DNA of 14,172 bases, taken from assembly GCA_038046625.1 (NCBI GenBank), contig JBBSVV010000009.1, positions 1 through 14,172 on the forward strand, written 5' to 3'. Under the pieces are notes generated by a model, which made no database searches, was not told the origin of the DNA, and saw only the letters and a program-made list of their open reading frames with translations. Positions 1 through 7,277 of the stretch are shown here, in pieces. The translations under genes and the position numbers were made by a program. This stretch comes from an archaeon (GTDB taxonomy: Archaea; Iainarchaeota; Iainarchaeia; Iainarchaeales; Iainarchaeaceae). Every line of letters begins with the position of its first letter. Within the stretch, counting starts at the first letter, position 1.

Positions 1-21
1 GGCTGCCATGCTGTGGTTTTT

Positions 22-387
22 TTATTTCACGTATTCCACGTTCTCCATTCCATTGAACTGCCTGTCTCCGGTAAGGAACTTTACGCCGGTTGATTTTGCG
101 GTAATGTAGCCGATGCAGTCTATGTATGAGAGATTAAGTTTTTTGTGCGCGGCACGGAATTCGTTTGCGACCATTATGGTGTCATCCCCGACTTCCACTG
201 TATATTTGAGCAGGGACTTGTACTTCGCCTCGGCGAACTTTTTCCCGTATTGCCTGAGAAGACCGTAATGCAGTTCCATGAGGTTAAGGCGCGTGGTTAT
301 GAGTGTTGCTTCAAGGTAACCGGCGTAGTTTGGATTTGCGTTTATTATCTCGAACAATGCATAGGAATCGAAGAAATATGATTTCAC
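22..387 (-). CDS. vapC: PIN-domain VapC-family toxin (121 aa)
   Basis: PIN motifs: N-terminal YFFDSYA, NLMEL, LSYIDC, FLTGDRQF. The GTG at 387 overlaps the antitoxin TGA (GTGA, 384-387). The longer 570 start in the ORF track would overlap the antitoxin gene. Confidence 0.9.
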   Translation of the reverse strand: MKSYFFDSYALFEIINANPNYAGYLEATLITTRLNLMELHYGLLRQYGKKFAEAKYKSLLKYTVEVGDDTIMVANEFRAAHKKLNLSYIDCIGYITAKSTGVKFLTGDRQFNGMENVEYVK

Positions 388-596
388 ATTGACCCTTTCC
401 TTACCATGTCCTTGAACTTCTGGCCTGACATTTTTCTGAAAGGAGCAGAACCGAAAATATCCGACAAGTCCGATTTCTTCACTACCTCTACCAATATTTT
501 GTCGTCTTCCTTTATTCCGCGCTTTTCCAGGAACTCCTTCGGGAAAATCGCGCCTTTCGAGTTTCCCCACTTTTTTATTGTAACTTCAACGGCCAC
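384..596 (-). CDS. AbrB/MazE/SpoVT-family antitoxin (VapB-like)
   Basis: Typical AbrB-fold start VTIKKWGNSKGAIFPKEFLEKRGIKEDDKI. It lies directly upstream of, and overlaps, the PIN toxin. GTG at 596 follows a GGGTGG SD-like motif; GTG at 605 is the alternative start. Confidence 0.88.
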   Translation of the reverse strand: MAVEVTIKKWGNSKGAIFPKEFLEKRGIKEDDKILVEVVKKSDLSDIFGSAPFRKMSGQKFKDMVRKGSM

Positions 597-608
597 AAAA
601 ACCACCCT

Positions 609-630
609 TAGTTATACTTGTGTATAACTA
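609..630. promoter_or_regulatory. Palindromic operator of the TA operon
   Basis: Perfect 9-bp inverted repeat TAGTTATAC-ttgt-GTATAACTA between the TATA box and the antitoxin start, the usual position for TA autorepression sites. Confidence 0.75.
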
Positions 631-631
631 T

Positions 632-639
632 TATTTAAA
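632..639 (-). promoter_or_regulatory. TATA box for the TA operon
   Basis: TTTAAATA on the minus strand, about 35 nt upstream of the GTG at 596. Confidence 0.6.
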
Positions 640-664
640 CATTTGTGGAGCCGAAATTTTGCCT

Positions 665-1693
665 TCACAGGATTTTTGTATCAACGCAAGTAAGAGAACT
701 CTTCCTTTTCAGGCTCCACGAAGGCGCTTTTTGCGGATTCATTTTCCCCAATTTCTCCAATTGAGTGCACACATTGCACAATGCTCCGTTCGAGGGGTTG
801 CCGCACGCTTCGCATTCCTTCATTGGAGCCCCGCCTTTTTTCGCCATTTCAACGAGCATCGGTTTCATATTCCTGAAAGAAGCGAGTATAGCGTGCTTTG
901 TTCCGGGCGAGAATTCCTCCAATTCATTCAGCATTTTCCTGTAGTGGTTGCGCTTCGCCATCCATGAGAACGGGCAGCATTCTTCCGAGTAATGCTCTAT
1001 CCCGTTGAATGCGGCATAAGCAATGATTTCTTTTTCGGGTGTTTCGTAAAGGGGCTTGATGCGCGGAACGAATTTTTCCTTTTTCGCGCCAGTTGTTTCT
1101 CCAGAGCGCGAGATTTTTGCGAACTCGTTGTTGAACAGGCTCATTGCAATGCTCTGAACCTCGTCATCAAGGTTATGCCCTGTCGCTATTTTGTCCGCGC
1201 CGATTTCGAGAGCCTTTGAATTCAGGAAGTGCCTCCGGAACACGCCGCAGAAGCCGCACGTGCTTCCTAATTTTTCGTTTCCTGAAATTTTTTTCATCAC
1301 GTCTTCCATCGAGCATCCAAGCTCCTCCTCAAAGCGCACAACGTGATAAGGAATTGAGTTTTGCCCGCAGTATTTCACTCCAATCTGGAGTGCGTTATCG
1401 CGATAACCGCGTATTCCTTCGTCAATCATTATTGCCTCGATTTTGTTCAGTCCTGTTTTGCCGAAAATGTTGTGCAGCAAGTGAAGCGTTGTCATTGAGT
1501 CCTTTCCGCCTGAAACTCCGACAGCTATTTTCTCGCCGTAATTTATGAGCTTGTTTGCGCGTATGGTTTTTCGCACGCGGTTTTCAAAAAAGTTGTTGAA
1601 GTGCTCCGCGCAAAAACGATGCGGCCCGTAGCCCAGAAACACTTTTGCTGGGGCTCCGCACTTGTCGCAGCGGTTGAGTGAAAGTTCCTGCAT
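665..1693 (-). CDS. ttuA: tRNA 2-thiolation protein, TtuA/NcsA/Ncs6 (TIGR00269-like)
   Basis: PP-loop SGGKDS, N-terminal CDKC...CAEH, central CGFCGVFRR, ATGHNLDDE, RIKPL, CCP and C-terminal CEACG...CNVC zinc finger. Start taken at ATG 1693; ATG 1702 is possible. Confidence 0.88.
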   Translation of the reverse strand: MQELSLNRCDKCGAPAKVFLGYGPHRFCAEHFNNFFENRVRKTIRANKLINYGEKIAVGVSGGKDSMTTLHLLHNIFGKTGLNKIEAIMIDEGIRGYRDNALQIGVKYCGQNSIPYHVVRFEEELGCSMEDVMKKISGNEKLGSTCGFCGVFRRHFLNSKALEIGADKIATGHNLDDEVQSIAMSLFNNEFAKISRSGETTGAKKEKFVPRIKPLYETPEKEIIAYAAFNGIEHYSEECCPFSWMAKRNHYRKMLNELEEFSPGTKHAILASFRNMKPMLVEMAKKGGAPMKECEACGNPSNGALCNVCTQLEKLGKMNPQKAPSWSLKRKSSLTCVDTKIL

Positions 1694-1798
1694 ATAAAGC
1701 ATTTCCCCATGAAAAATTAATAATAGTAAGCAAAACCTATTTTTTTCACGAACATCACGAACAGAAAAGAATTTAACCAACAAAACCCCAATCTAAAA

Positions 1799-2071
1799 AT
1801 GGCGAGAAGAATAGGGCCCGGAAGGCTAAGGAAAACGCGTTCGAAACAACGCCCGTCAGTTGCTTTTGTGGGCCGCGTCAGGCGGTTTGGGGCAAGGCTT
1901 AAACCTGGAGAAAGAGCCCATTTTGGGCAGAATTTCCTCGTCACTAGGCTTTCAGACGGCAGAATCGGATTGAGCGGAGTACCTGAAGGCACAGTTGAGC
2001 CACTTGTTTTTTCAGGGTCGAAAAACGCGGCGAAAAGGCAGCAGTCCTGGAAGAACGAAAGGGTTGCTTGA
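1799..2071 (+). CDS. Small Arg-rich hypothetical protein (90 aa)
   Basis: ATG-started ORF filling the gap between ttuA and rpl15e, with an AT-rich upstream region (ATTTAA near 1770). No recognisable family. Confidence 0.55.
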   Translation: MARRIGPGRLRKTRSKQRPSVAFVGRVRRFGARLKPGERAHFGQNFLVTRLSDGRIGLSGVPEGTVEPLVFSGSKNAAKRQQSWKNERVA

Positions 2072-2102
2072 ACCTCCCCCGAAACCGCGGATCCACGCAT
2101 AC

Positions 2103-2110
2103 TTTTATAT
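2103..2110 (+). promoter_or_regulatory. Putative TATA box for the rpl15e superoperon
   Basis: TTTTATAT in the intergenic region about 130 nt upstream of the rpl15e ATG. Confidence 0.4.
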
Positions 2111-2238
2111 TCTTTCTTTATGAACAATAAGTGAGTCAAATGCCCTGTTAGTAATGGCATGCCGGGTATATTGGCTTTTTCTTTTCGTAAACGTTTTCTT
2201 TTTGGCTAAAAAAGAAAAGGTTTTTTTAGTGGTTTTGA

Positions 2239-2841
2239 ATGAGTTTTACAAAGCAAGTGGCGGAAACAATCCAGAGCGAAGTGCATGGCAAGAAGTCGAA
2301 AGACTATGCCTACTCGGCCATTTTCAGGCAGAAGGTCGAGGACCAGAGGAAATTGGGCGCTTCAGTGACCCGGCTTGAAAAGCCCTCGAATCTTCCGAGG
2401 GCGCGGGGCTTGGGTTACAAGGCAAAAAACGGTTTCTTTGCTGTTCTCGTAAGGATAAGGAAAGGCTCGGGAATGCATGTCCGGCCTGTAAGGGGAAGAA
2501 GGCCGAAGCGCATGGGCGTTTCAAAGCTCACAAGGAGGCTTTCAAAGCAGACCATGGCGGAACAGCGTGCGGGAAAGAAATACCCGAACTGCGAGGTTTT
2601 GAACAGTTATTGGGTTGGAGAAGATGGAAAAAGAACGTATTACGAGGTTCTTTTGGTTGATGTTTCGGCCCCTGAAGTGATTGCGGACAGGGAAAGGAAC
2701 TGGATTACCTTTAAGCAGCACTCCAGAAGGGCGGACCGCGGACTCACTTCCTCGGGCAAAAAGGGAAGGGGCCTGTACAAGGGCAAGGGCCACGAAAAGA
2801 ACTTCCCGAGCCAGCGCGCACACAAGAGAACTGCCAAATGA
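2239..2841 (+). CDS. rpl15e: 50S ribosomal protein L15e
   Basis: Signature ARGLGYKAKNG, GRRPKRMG, AEQRAGKKYPNCEVLNSYWVGEDG, YYEVLLVD, RGLTSSGKKGRGL. Confidence 0.97.
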   Translation: MSFTKQVAETIQSEVHGKKSKDYAYSAIFRQKVEDQRKLGASVTRLEKPSNLPRARGLGYKAKNGFFAVLVRIRKGSGMHVRPVRGRRPKRMGVSKLTRRLSKQTMAEQRAGKKYPNCEVLNSYWVGEDGKRTYYEVLLVDVSAPEVIADRERNWITFKQHSRRADRGLTSSGKKGRGLYKGKGHEKNFPSQRAHKRTAK

Positions 2842-2877
2842 TATCTGTTTTTCATTTTTTTCATCCATTTTCTTCTC

Positions 2878-3498
2878 ATGAACCTTAACCTGGTGCAGTT
2901 CTGGGAGCCCGAAATTCTTGGGCATTACGCCCCGGAATTCAAAGACGAGGCAATAATCGTTTGCTCGGATTTCACGGAAGCCGAACTGAAGGAATTCTCG
3001 CAGAAAAAAAGGAAATGCAGCACAAAGTTTTTTTCCTGCAAGCTCCTCGCGCGCAAGGATAACAATGAAATGCAGCGCTTCAGGAGGCTCGCAGATTTTG
3101 TTGCGGTGCAAGGAAGCTCGCCTGAAATGTGCTTCTGGGCTGGAACCCAAAAGGCGGATTTGCTTGTGCAGCCGTTCTCTTCGCAGAAGAATTTTCTTGA
3201 TTCGCAGACAATAACGGTTCTGAAGCAGAACAATGTTTTCGCCGCGTTTTTGTTCAGTGATTTCCTTGCGGCGCGCTCCTTTGAGCAGTCGCAGCTCCTG
3301 AAGAACGCGATGCTTTCACTTAAATTGCTTGACAAGGGCGGCGCGAAAACGCTTTTCTTTTCAGGTGCGCGCAACGAGCAGGAACTCCGCGCCGCAAAAG
3401 ACCTTTCCTCGTTCGCGGTTTTCCTCGGGATGAAAAAGGATTCCGCTTTGAAGGCTGCGCGCAAAAGCACTGAAGAATTTCTGGAGAGGGTTAAATGA
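2878..3498 (+). CDS. rnp3: RNase P protein component 3 (Rpp30), divergent
   Basis: About 200 aa in the conserved position after rpl15e. Carries Rpp30-like C-terminal FSGARNEQELRAAKDLSSFAVFLGM plus DFVAVQG and KADLL segments. Confidence 0.78.
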   Translation: MNLNLVQFWEPEILGHYAPEFKDEAIIVCSDFTEAELKEFSQKKRKCSTKFFSCKLLARKDNNEMQRFRRLADFVAVQGSSPEMCFWAGTQKADLLVQPFSSQKNFLDSQTITVLKQNNVFAAFLFSDFLAARSFEQSQLLKNAMLSLKLLDKGGAKTLFFSGARNEQELRAAKDLSSFAVFLGMKKDSALKAARKSTEEFLERVK

Positions 3499-4037
3499 AA
3501 ATCCCGCCCATGGAAGAGTGCGAGGCTCTGATGGCGGAGTTTGAGGTGCCGGAACACATCAGGAAGCACACGGAAGAGGTGCGCAAAGTCTCGAATTTCC
3601 TCGCAAAAAAAATTTCCTCGAACGGAAAGAAAATAGATTTGGGTTTGGTTGACCGCGCCTCCTTGATGCACGATTTCCTCAAGATGCATTGCATCAAAAA
3701 TAACTGCAGGCATGCTTTGGAAGCCGGCAAAGTAATGGCCGGGCGCGGTTATGCCGAGTTCGGCGAGGTTCTCAAATTGCATGGCCTTGAGGAAGTGAAC
3801 AATTTTGATTCGAAAACATGCCTTGAGGCGAAGATTGTCTGGTATGCGGACAAGCGCGTGAACCATGGCGGCATTGTTTCCCTGAAGGCGCGTTATGATT
3901 ATCTGAAGCAACGCTATGGTTCAATGGGCGAACAAAAACTGAGGGAAATACTTTCAACGGAGAAGAGCGCTTTCGGCGTCGAGAAGGAAATTCTTGGCCT
4001 CGCCAAAGTGAAAAGCGATTTCGGGGGTTTGAAATGA
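3495..4037 (+). CDS. HD-domain metal-dependent phosphohydrolase
   Basis: HIRKHT...ASLMHDFLK...RHA...LH...IVWYADKRV motif series. ATGA overlaps with the genes on both sides. Confidence 0.9.
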   Translation: MKIPPMEECEALMAEFEVPEHIRKHTEEVRKVSNFLAKKISSNGKKIDLGLVDRASLMHDFLKMHCIKNNCRHALEAGKVMAGRGYAEFGEVLKLHGLEEVNNFDSKTCLEAKIVWYADKRVNHGGIVSLKARYDYLKQRYGSMGEQKLREILSTEKSAFGVEKEILGLAKVKSDFGGLK

Positions 4038-4513
4038 AGGCAACGAAAAAAGAAATGAATCCCATTCCCCCGACCTTGAGGGGGAAGAAGCGTTACGTGA
4101 AGTTCAGGCTTGTTTGCATTGGTGCGAGCATAGCGCGCCATGGCCCTGCGCAGCAGGGGCAGTCGCACGCCGCAAGCCCGCGGCGGGAGGGCATGCGAAC
4201 TGAGGTTCGCCAGGCCAGTGCGAAGCACTGTCCCTCGCTCCCAACCGGCGAAAGGGTTGTGAGGGAACAGGATGCGAAGTTTTCGTTGTACAGTTCTTTT
4301 GCGCGGCTGTTCGGCGAACAAGGAATTGCGGAGCAGAGGCTCTGGCTCATAAAGTGGTTCCCTGAAAGGAACGAGGGGATTGTGCGCTGCGCGCTTGAAA
4401 AGGAGGAGCAAGTGAAGGCGGGCCTTTTGTTCCTGCGCGAGGTTCATGGAGAACCCGTGGTTCCGCTGATTGAAGGCGTTTCGGGCTCTTTGAAGAAGCT
4501 GAAGCTCCGTTGA
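4034..4513 (+). CDS. rnp2: RNase P protein component 2 (Pop5/Rpp14) with a ~42-aa internal insertion
   Basis: Pop5 motifs PPTLRGKKRYVKF, LFGEQG, GIVRC, GVSGSLKKL. Residues ~29-70 are extra relative to the usual family layout. Confidence 0.92.
   Translation: MKATKKEMNPIPPTLRGKKRYVKFRLVCIGASIARHGPAQQGQSHAASPRREGMRTEVRQASAKHCPSLPTGERVVREQDAKFSLYSSFARLFGEQGIAEQRLWLIKWFPERNEGIVRCALEKEEQVKAGLLFLREVHGEPVVPLIEGVSGSLKKLKLR
4119..4244. repeat. 126-nt multi-hairpin palindromic insertion element, in frame within rnp2
   Basis: Ends pair (TTGG/CCAA, GCGAG/CTCGC) and enclose four hairpins: 4144-4158, 4168-4185, 4195-4210, 4216-4230. Positions 4162-4192 match 11476-11506 at 28/31 nt. Confidence 0.72.
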
Positions 4514-4552
4514 TAGCGGAAAATATTTATTCTGTGCAAGCATTCTTCTTTC

Positions 4553-5044
4553 ATGATTGAGCGCCCGAGAACTCCCGGAAACACAAGAACTACCCTTCTG
4601 AAACTTGTTTTGAAGCATCAAGATATTTCAGCCACGCATAGAGGGGAGCGGCTTTATGGGCACGTGCCTGCTTCAAAGTTCCCTGTTTTTATGCGCGAGC
4701 TTGCAGATGTGTTGTTTCATGATGAGCGCCTCGCGAAAATAATGGTAGGAACACGGGGGGCTCCTGAGAGGATTCATGGTATAATGGCTTATGCGCTGGA
4801 AAGGGCACGGAATGACCCGGAAAAAGCGAGGGCTTTTTTGGATGCAAAAATAAGGTTTGTGACCGGTTTGAAGGCTGGCAGAAGTATTTTTTTCAGCTCC
4901 AAGCAAATAAGAAGATACTCCAAAAAACTCGGCATTCCTGGTGAAAATGTTTGGCGTACCAGCAGTGATTTTGCCCATATGCTAGGTTTCCTTACTGAAA
5001 ACTTTGTGGCGGAACTGCAGTCTGCGTGGATTAAAATAAAGTGA
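4553..5044 (+). CDS. Hypothetical basic protein (163 aa, ORFan-like)
   Basis: Clean ATG ORF filling the rnp2-psmA gap, with a TATA-like ATATTTATT about 30 nt upstream. No family recognised. Confidence 0.7.
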   Translation: MIERPRTPGNTRTTLLKLVLKHQDISATHRGERLYGHVPASKFPVFMRELADVLFHDERLAKIMVGTRGAPERIHGIMAYALERARNDPEKARAFLDAKIRFVTGLKAGRSIFFSSKQIRRYSKKLGIPGENVWRTSSDFAHMLGFLTENFVAELQSAWIKIK

Positions 5045-5068
5045 AAAAAGCGCCTTTTTTGCGTTTTT
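5044..5068 (+). terminator. Putative terminator (short hairpin plus oligo-T tracts)
   Basis: AAAAAAG-cgc-CTTTTTT followed by GCGTTTTT immediately after the ORFan stop codon. Confidence 0.35.
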
Positions 5069-5157
5069 CGGCCTTTTAATGCCCCCGCGGGGTTGGTTTT
5101 TATTATTAACTGTTTAGAAATAGTAATGAATTCAAAGGCAGAAAGAGGAGATTAATT

Positions 5158-5886
5158 TTGTACCCAGGTTCTCAGTCATCGAATTACGACCGCGCAGCAA
5201 CCATGTTTTCCCCGGACGGGAGGCTTTACCAGGTTGAGTATGCCTCGAAAATCGTTTCGCAGGGCACAATGGGTGTTGCTTGCAAGTACAGTGACGGATT
5301 GCTTTTCGGCGCGGAGAAAAAGGTGAACAGCAGGCTCCTGATTCCGGAGTCCGTTGAAAAAATGTTTGTTGTTGATGACCACATTCTCGCGATTTCAGCG
5401 GGTTTGGTTGGGGACGCGAGGCGCCTCGTGGGAATTGCGAGGCAGAAGGCGCAGGAAAACAGGATGTATTATGATGAGGCGATTCAGATTGAGAACCTCG
5501 TGAAGGAAGTTTCCAACATAATGCAGGTTTTCACGCAGTACGGGGGCATGAGGCCTTTCGGAATCTCGTTCATTGTCGGCGGCATAGACCGGACGGGCAA
5601 AAGGCTGTTCGAAACCGAGCCTTCGGGAGCATTGGCGGAATACCATGCAATCGCAATCGGAAGGAACAGGAACAAGGCAATGGATTTGTTCGAGAAGGAC
5701 TGGAAGGAAAACCTTTCAAGGGATGCCGCGGTAAGGCTTTGTGTTAAAGGGATTGAAAGCGGCCTCGAGGAAAAGGAGAAGCTCGAGGTCAAGAGGCTGG
5801 AGTTCATTTACATTGATTCGGCAAAGCAATTCAAGCCGATTTCTCAGGACGAAATAAAGTCCATTTTGAACAACAAGAAGGAATAA
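5158..5886 (+). CDS. psmA: Proteasome subunit alpha
   Basis: YDRAATMFSPDGRLYQVEYA signature, GLVGDARRLV, TQYGGMRPFG, LFETEPSG. TTG start preceded by SD GAGGAG. Confidence 0.97.
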   Translation: MYPGSQSSNYDRAATMFSPDGRLYQVEYASKIVSQGTMGVACKYSDGLLFGAEKKVNSRLLIPESVEKMFVVDDHILAISAGLVGDARRLVGIARQKAQENRMYYDEAIQIENLVKEVSNIMQVFTQYGGMRPFGISFIVGGIDRTGKRLFETEPSGALAEYHAIAIGRNRNKAMDLFEKDWKENLSRDAAVRLCVKGIESGLEEKEKLEVKRLEFIYIDSAKQFKPISQDEIKSILNNKKE

Positions 5887-5891
5887 ATTGA

Positions 5892-6593
5892 ATGGTGCGT
5901 ACGGAAGACGCCGTGATTGCCCGCTTTGAGCATTCAGGCGAAAAATTCGAGATTCTGGTTGACCCAGACCTTGCAATGGATCTGAAGCACGGCAAGGAAG
6001 TGAGCACGGATGACTTGCTTGCTTCGGAAATGGTGTTCAAGGATGCGCACAAGGGCGAGGAAAAAAATGCGGAGAGCCTGAAAAAGGTTTTCGGGACAAC
6101 CGACATCGCAAAGATTGCGAAGAGAATAGTTTCCGAGGGCGAGGTGCAGCTGACAACGCAGCAGAGGCATGGCATTGCGGAGAAGAAAAGGAAGGAGATT
6201 GTCGCATTCATTTCGCGCAACGCCTTCAATCCGCAGACAAACACGCCGCATCCTGCGCAGAGGATTGAGAATGCACTGGACCAGATTAAGTTCAGTGTTG
6301 ACATTAATAAAAGCGTCAAGGAGCAGATTACAGAAGTCCTGAAGGAAATCAAGAAATTGATTCCGATTTCCATGGAGAATTTCCGCGTTGCCGTAAAAAT
6401 TCCGGCGCAGTACGCGGGCAAGGCATCGCCCGTGCTCCACAAATACGGCGTCCAGAAGGAGGAGTGGCAGAACGACGGGAGCCTGGTTGCAATGCTCGAG
6501 ATTCCCGCGGGGGCGAAGCAGGATTTGTTCAATGAGCTTAATCACCTGACGCACGGTGAAGTTGAGTCTAAGATACTTGGAAACAAGGGGTGA
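5892..6593 (+). CDS. sdo1: Ribosome maturation factor SBDS/Sdo1
   Basis: GEKFEILVDP, VFKDAHKGE, FGTTD, GEVQLT, NPQTNTPHPAQRIENAL; conserved position after psmA. Confidence 0.96.
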   Translation: MVRTEDAVIARFEHSGEKFEILVDPDLAMDLKHGKEVSTDDLLASEMVFKDAHKGEEKNAESLKKVFGTTDIAKIAKRIVSEGEVQLTTQQRHGIAEKKRKEIVAFISRNAFNPQTNTPHPAQRIENALDQIKFSVDINKSVKEQITEVLKEIKKLIPISMENFRVAVKIPAQYAGKASPVLHKYGVQKEEWQNDGSLVAMLEIPAGAKQDLFNELNHLTHGEVESKILGNKG

Positions 6594-6599
6594 AAAACA

Positions 6600-7277
6600 G
6601 TGTCAAAAAGATTGGTTATTCCGGGAGAATTGGTGACGGAAGAGAGGAAAAAACTGGGTTCGCACGTTTTCATACGCGACGGAAAAATATATTCCGACGC
6701 AATGGGATTGGTGAATGATGAGTCGGATTTCGCGTCGGTTGTTCCGTTGGAGGGGAAGTATACCCCTGAGCAGAACGACCTGATAATAGGCGTGATTGTG
6801 GACGAAAAGTTTTCGGTCTACGAGGTTGACATAAACAGCTTTTATTCGAGCTGGATTTCGAAGAAGGAGCTGCGCGAAATACTCAAGCCCGGAACAATAA
6901 TTTCCGGAAAGGTGATGAAGGTGAACGAGTTCAACGAGGTTGATTTGGGCGGAATACGCTCGTTCTTCGGCGGGGAACTGATTGAGGTTTCCGCTGTGAA
7001 GATTCCGCGCGTAATCGGAAGGGAAGGCTCGATGCTGAACGTATTGAAGAACGGCACGAAAAGCAACATTATTGTCGGAAGGAACGGGAGGATTTGGGCG
7101 AAGGGCGGAGACGTGAACCTGTTGCGCAGGGCAATCAACAAGATAAATGCCGAGGCGCACATGGACAGCCTTACGCAGAGAATCACGGATTTTTTGGACA
7201 AGGAAAACGGCGGCGTGAAAATGCAGCCCCCAAGTGATGATGGAAACATGGAGAATATGGATGAAGGTGATGACTGA
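6600..7277 (+). CDS. rrp4: Exosome RNA-binding cap subunit Rrp4
   Basis: LVIPGE, VVPLEGKYTP..NDLIIG, VDINS (S1) and KIPRVIGREGSML...IIVGRNGRIW (KH). GTG start. Confidence 0.96.
   Translation: MSKRLVIPGELVTEERKKLGSHVFIRDGKIYSDAMGLVNDESDFASVVPLEGKYTPEQNDLIIGVIVDEKFSVYEVDINSFYSSWISKKELREILKPGTIISGKVMKVNEFNEVDLGGIRSFFGGELIEVSAVKIPRVIGREGSMLNVLKNGTKSNIIVGRNGRIWAKGGDVNLLRRAINKINAEAHMDSLTQRITDFLDKENGGVKMQPPSDDGNMENMDEGDD

Noticed and set aside
1..9. Possible ATG (Met-Ala-Ala) of a further minus-strand gene after vapC
   Set aside because: Only three codons are visible, so it cannot be supported.
388..570. N-terminal extension of VapC in the ORF track (182 aa)
   Set aside because: It overlaps the antitoxin gene, and the PIN domain starts at GTG 387 with a classic GTGA overlap.
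2925..3911. 328-aa minus-strand ORF, and similar long antisense ORFs at 5831-6554, 6603-7484, 8810-9469 and 12885-13517
   Set aside because: Shadow ORFs antisense to well-identified genes, with no recognisable motifs.
4119..4244. Insert as an intein, tRNA gene or RNase P RNA fragment
   Set aside because: No intein terminal His-Asn/Cys-Ser-Thr junction and too short; no 7-bp acceptor stem or canonical T-loop; no RNase P P4 consensus visible.
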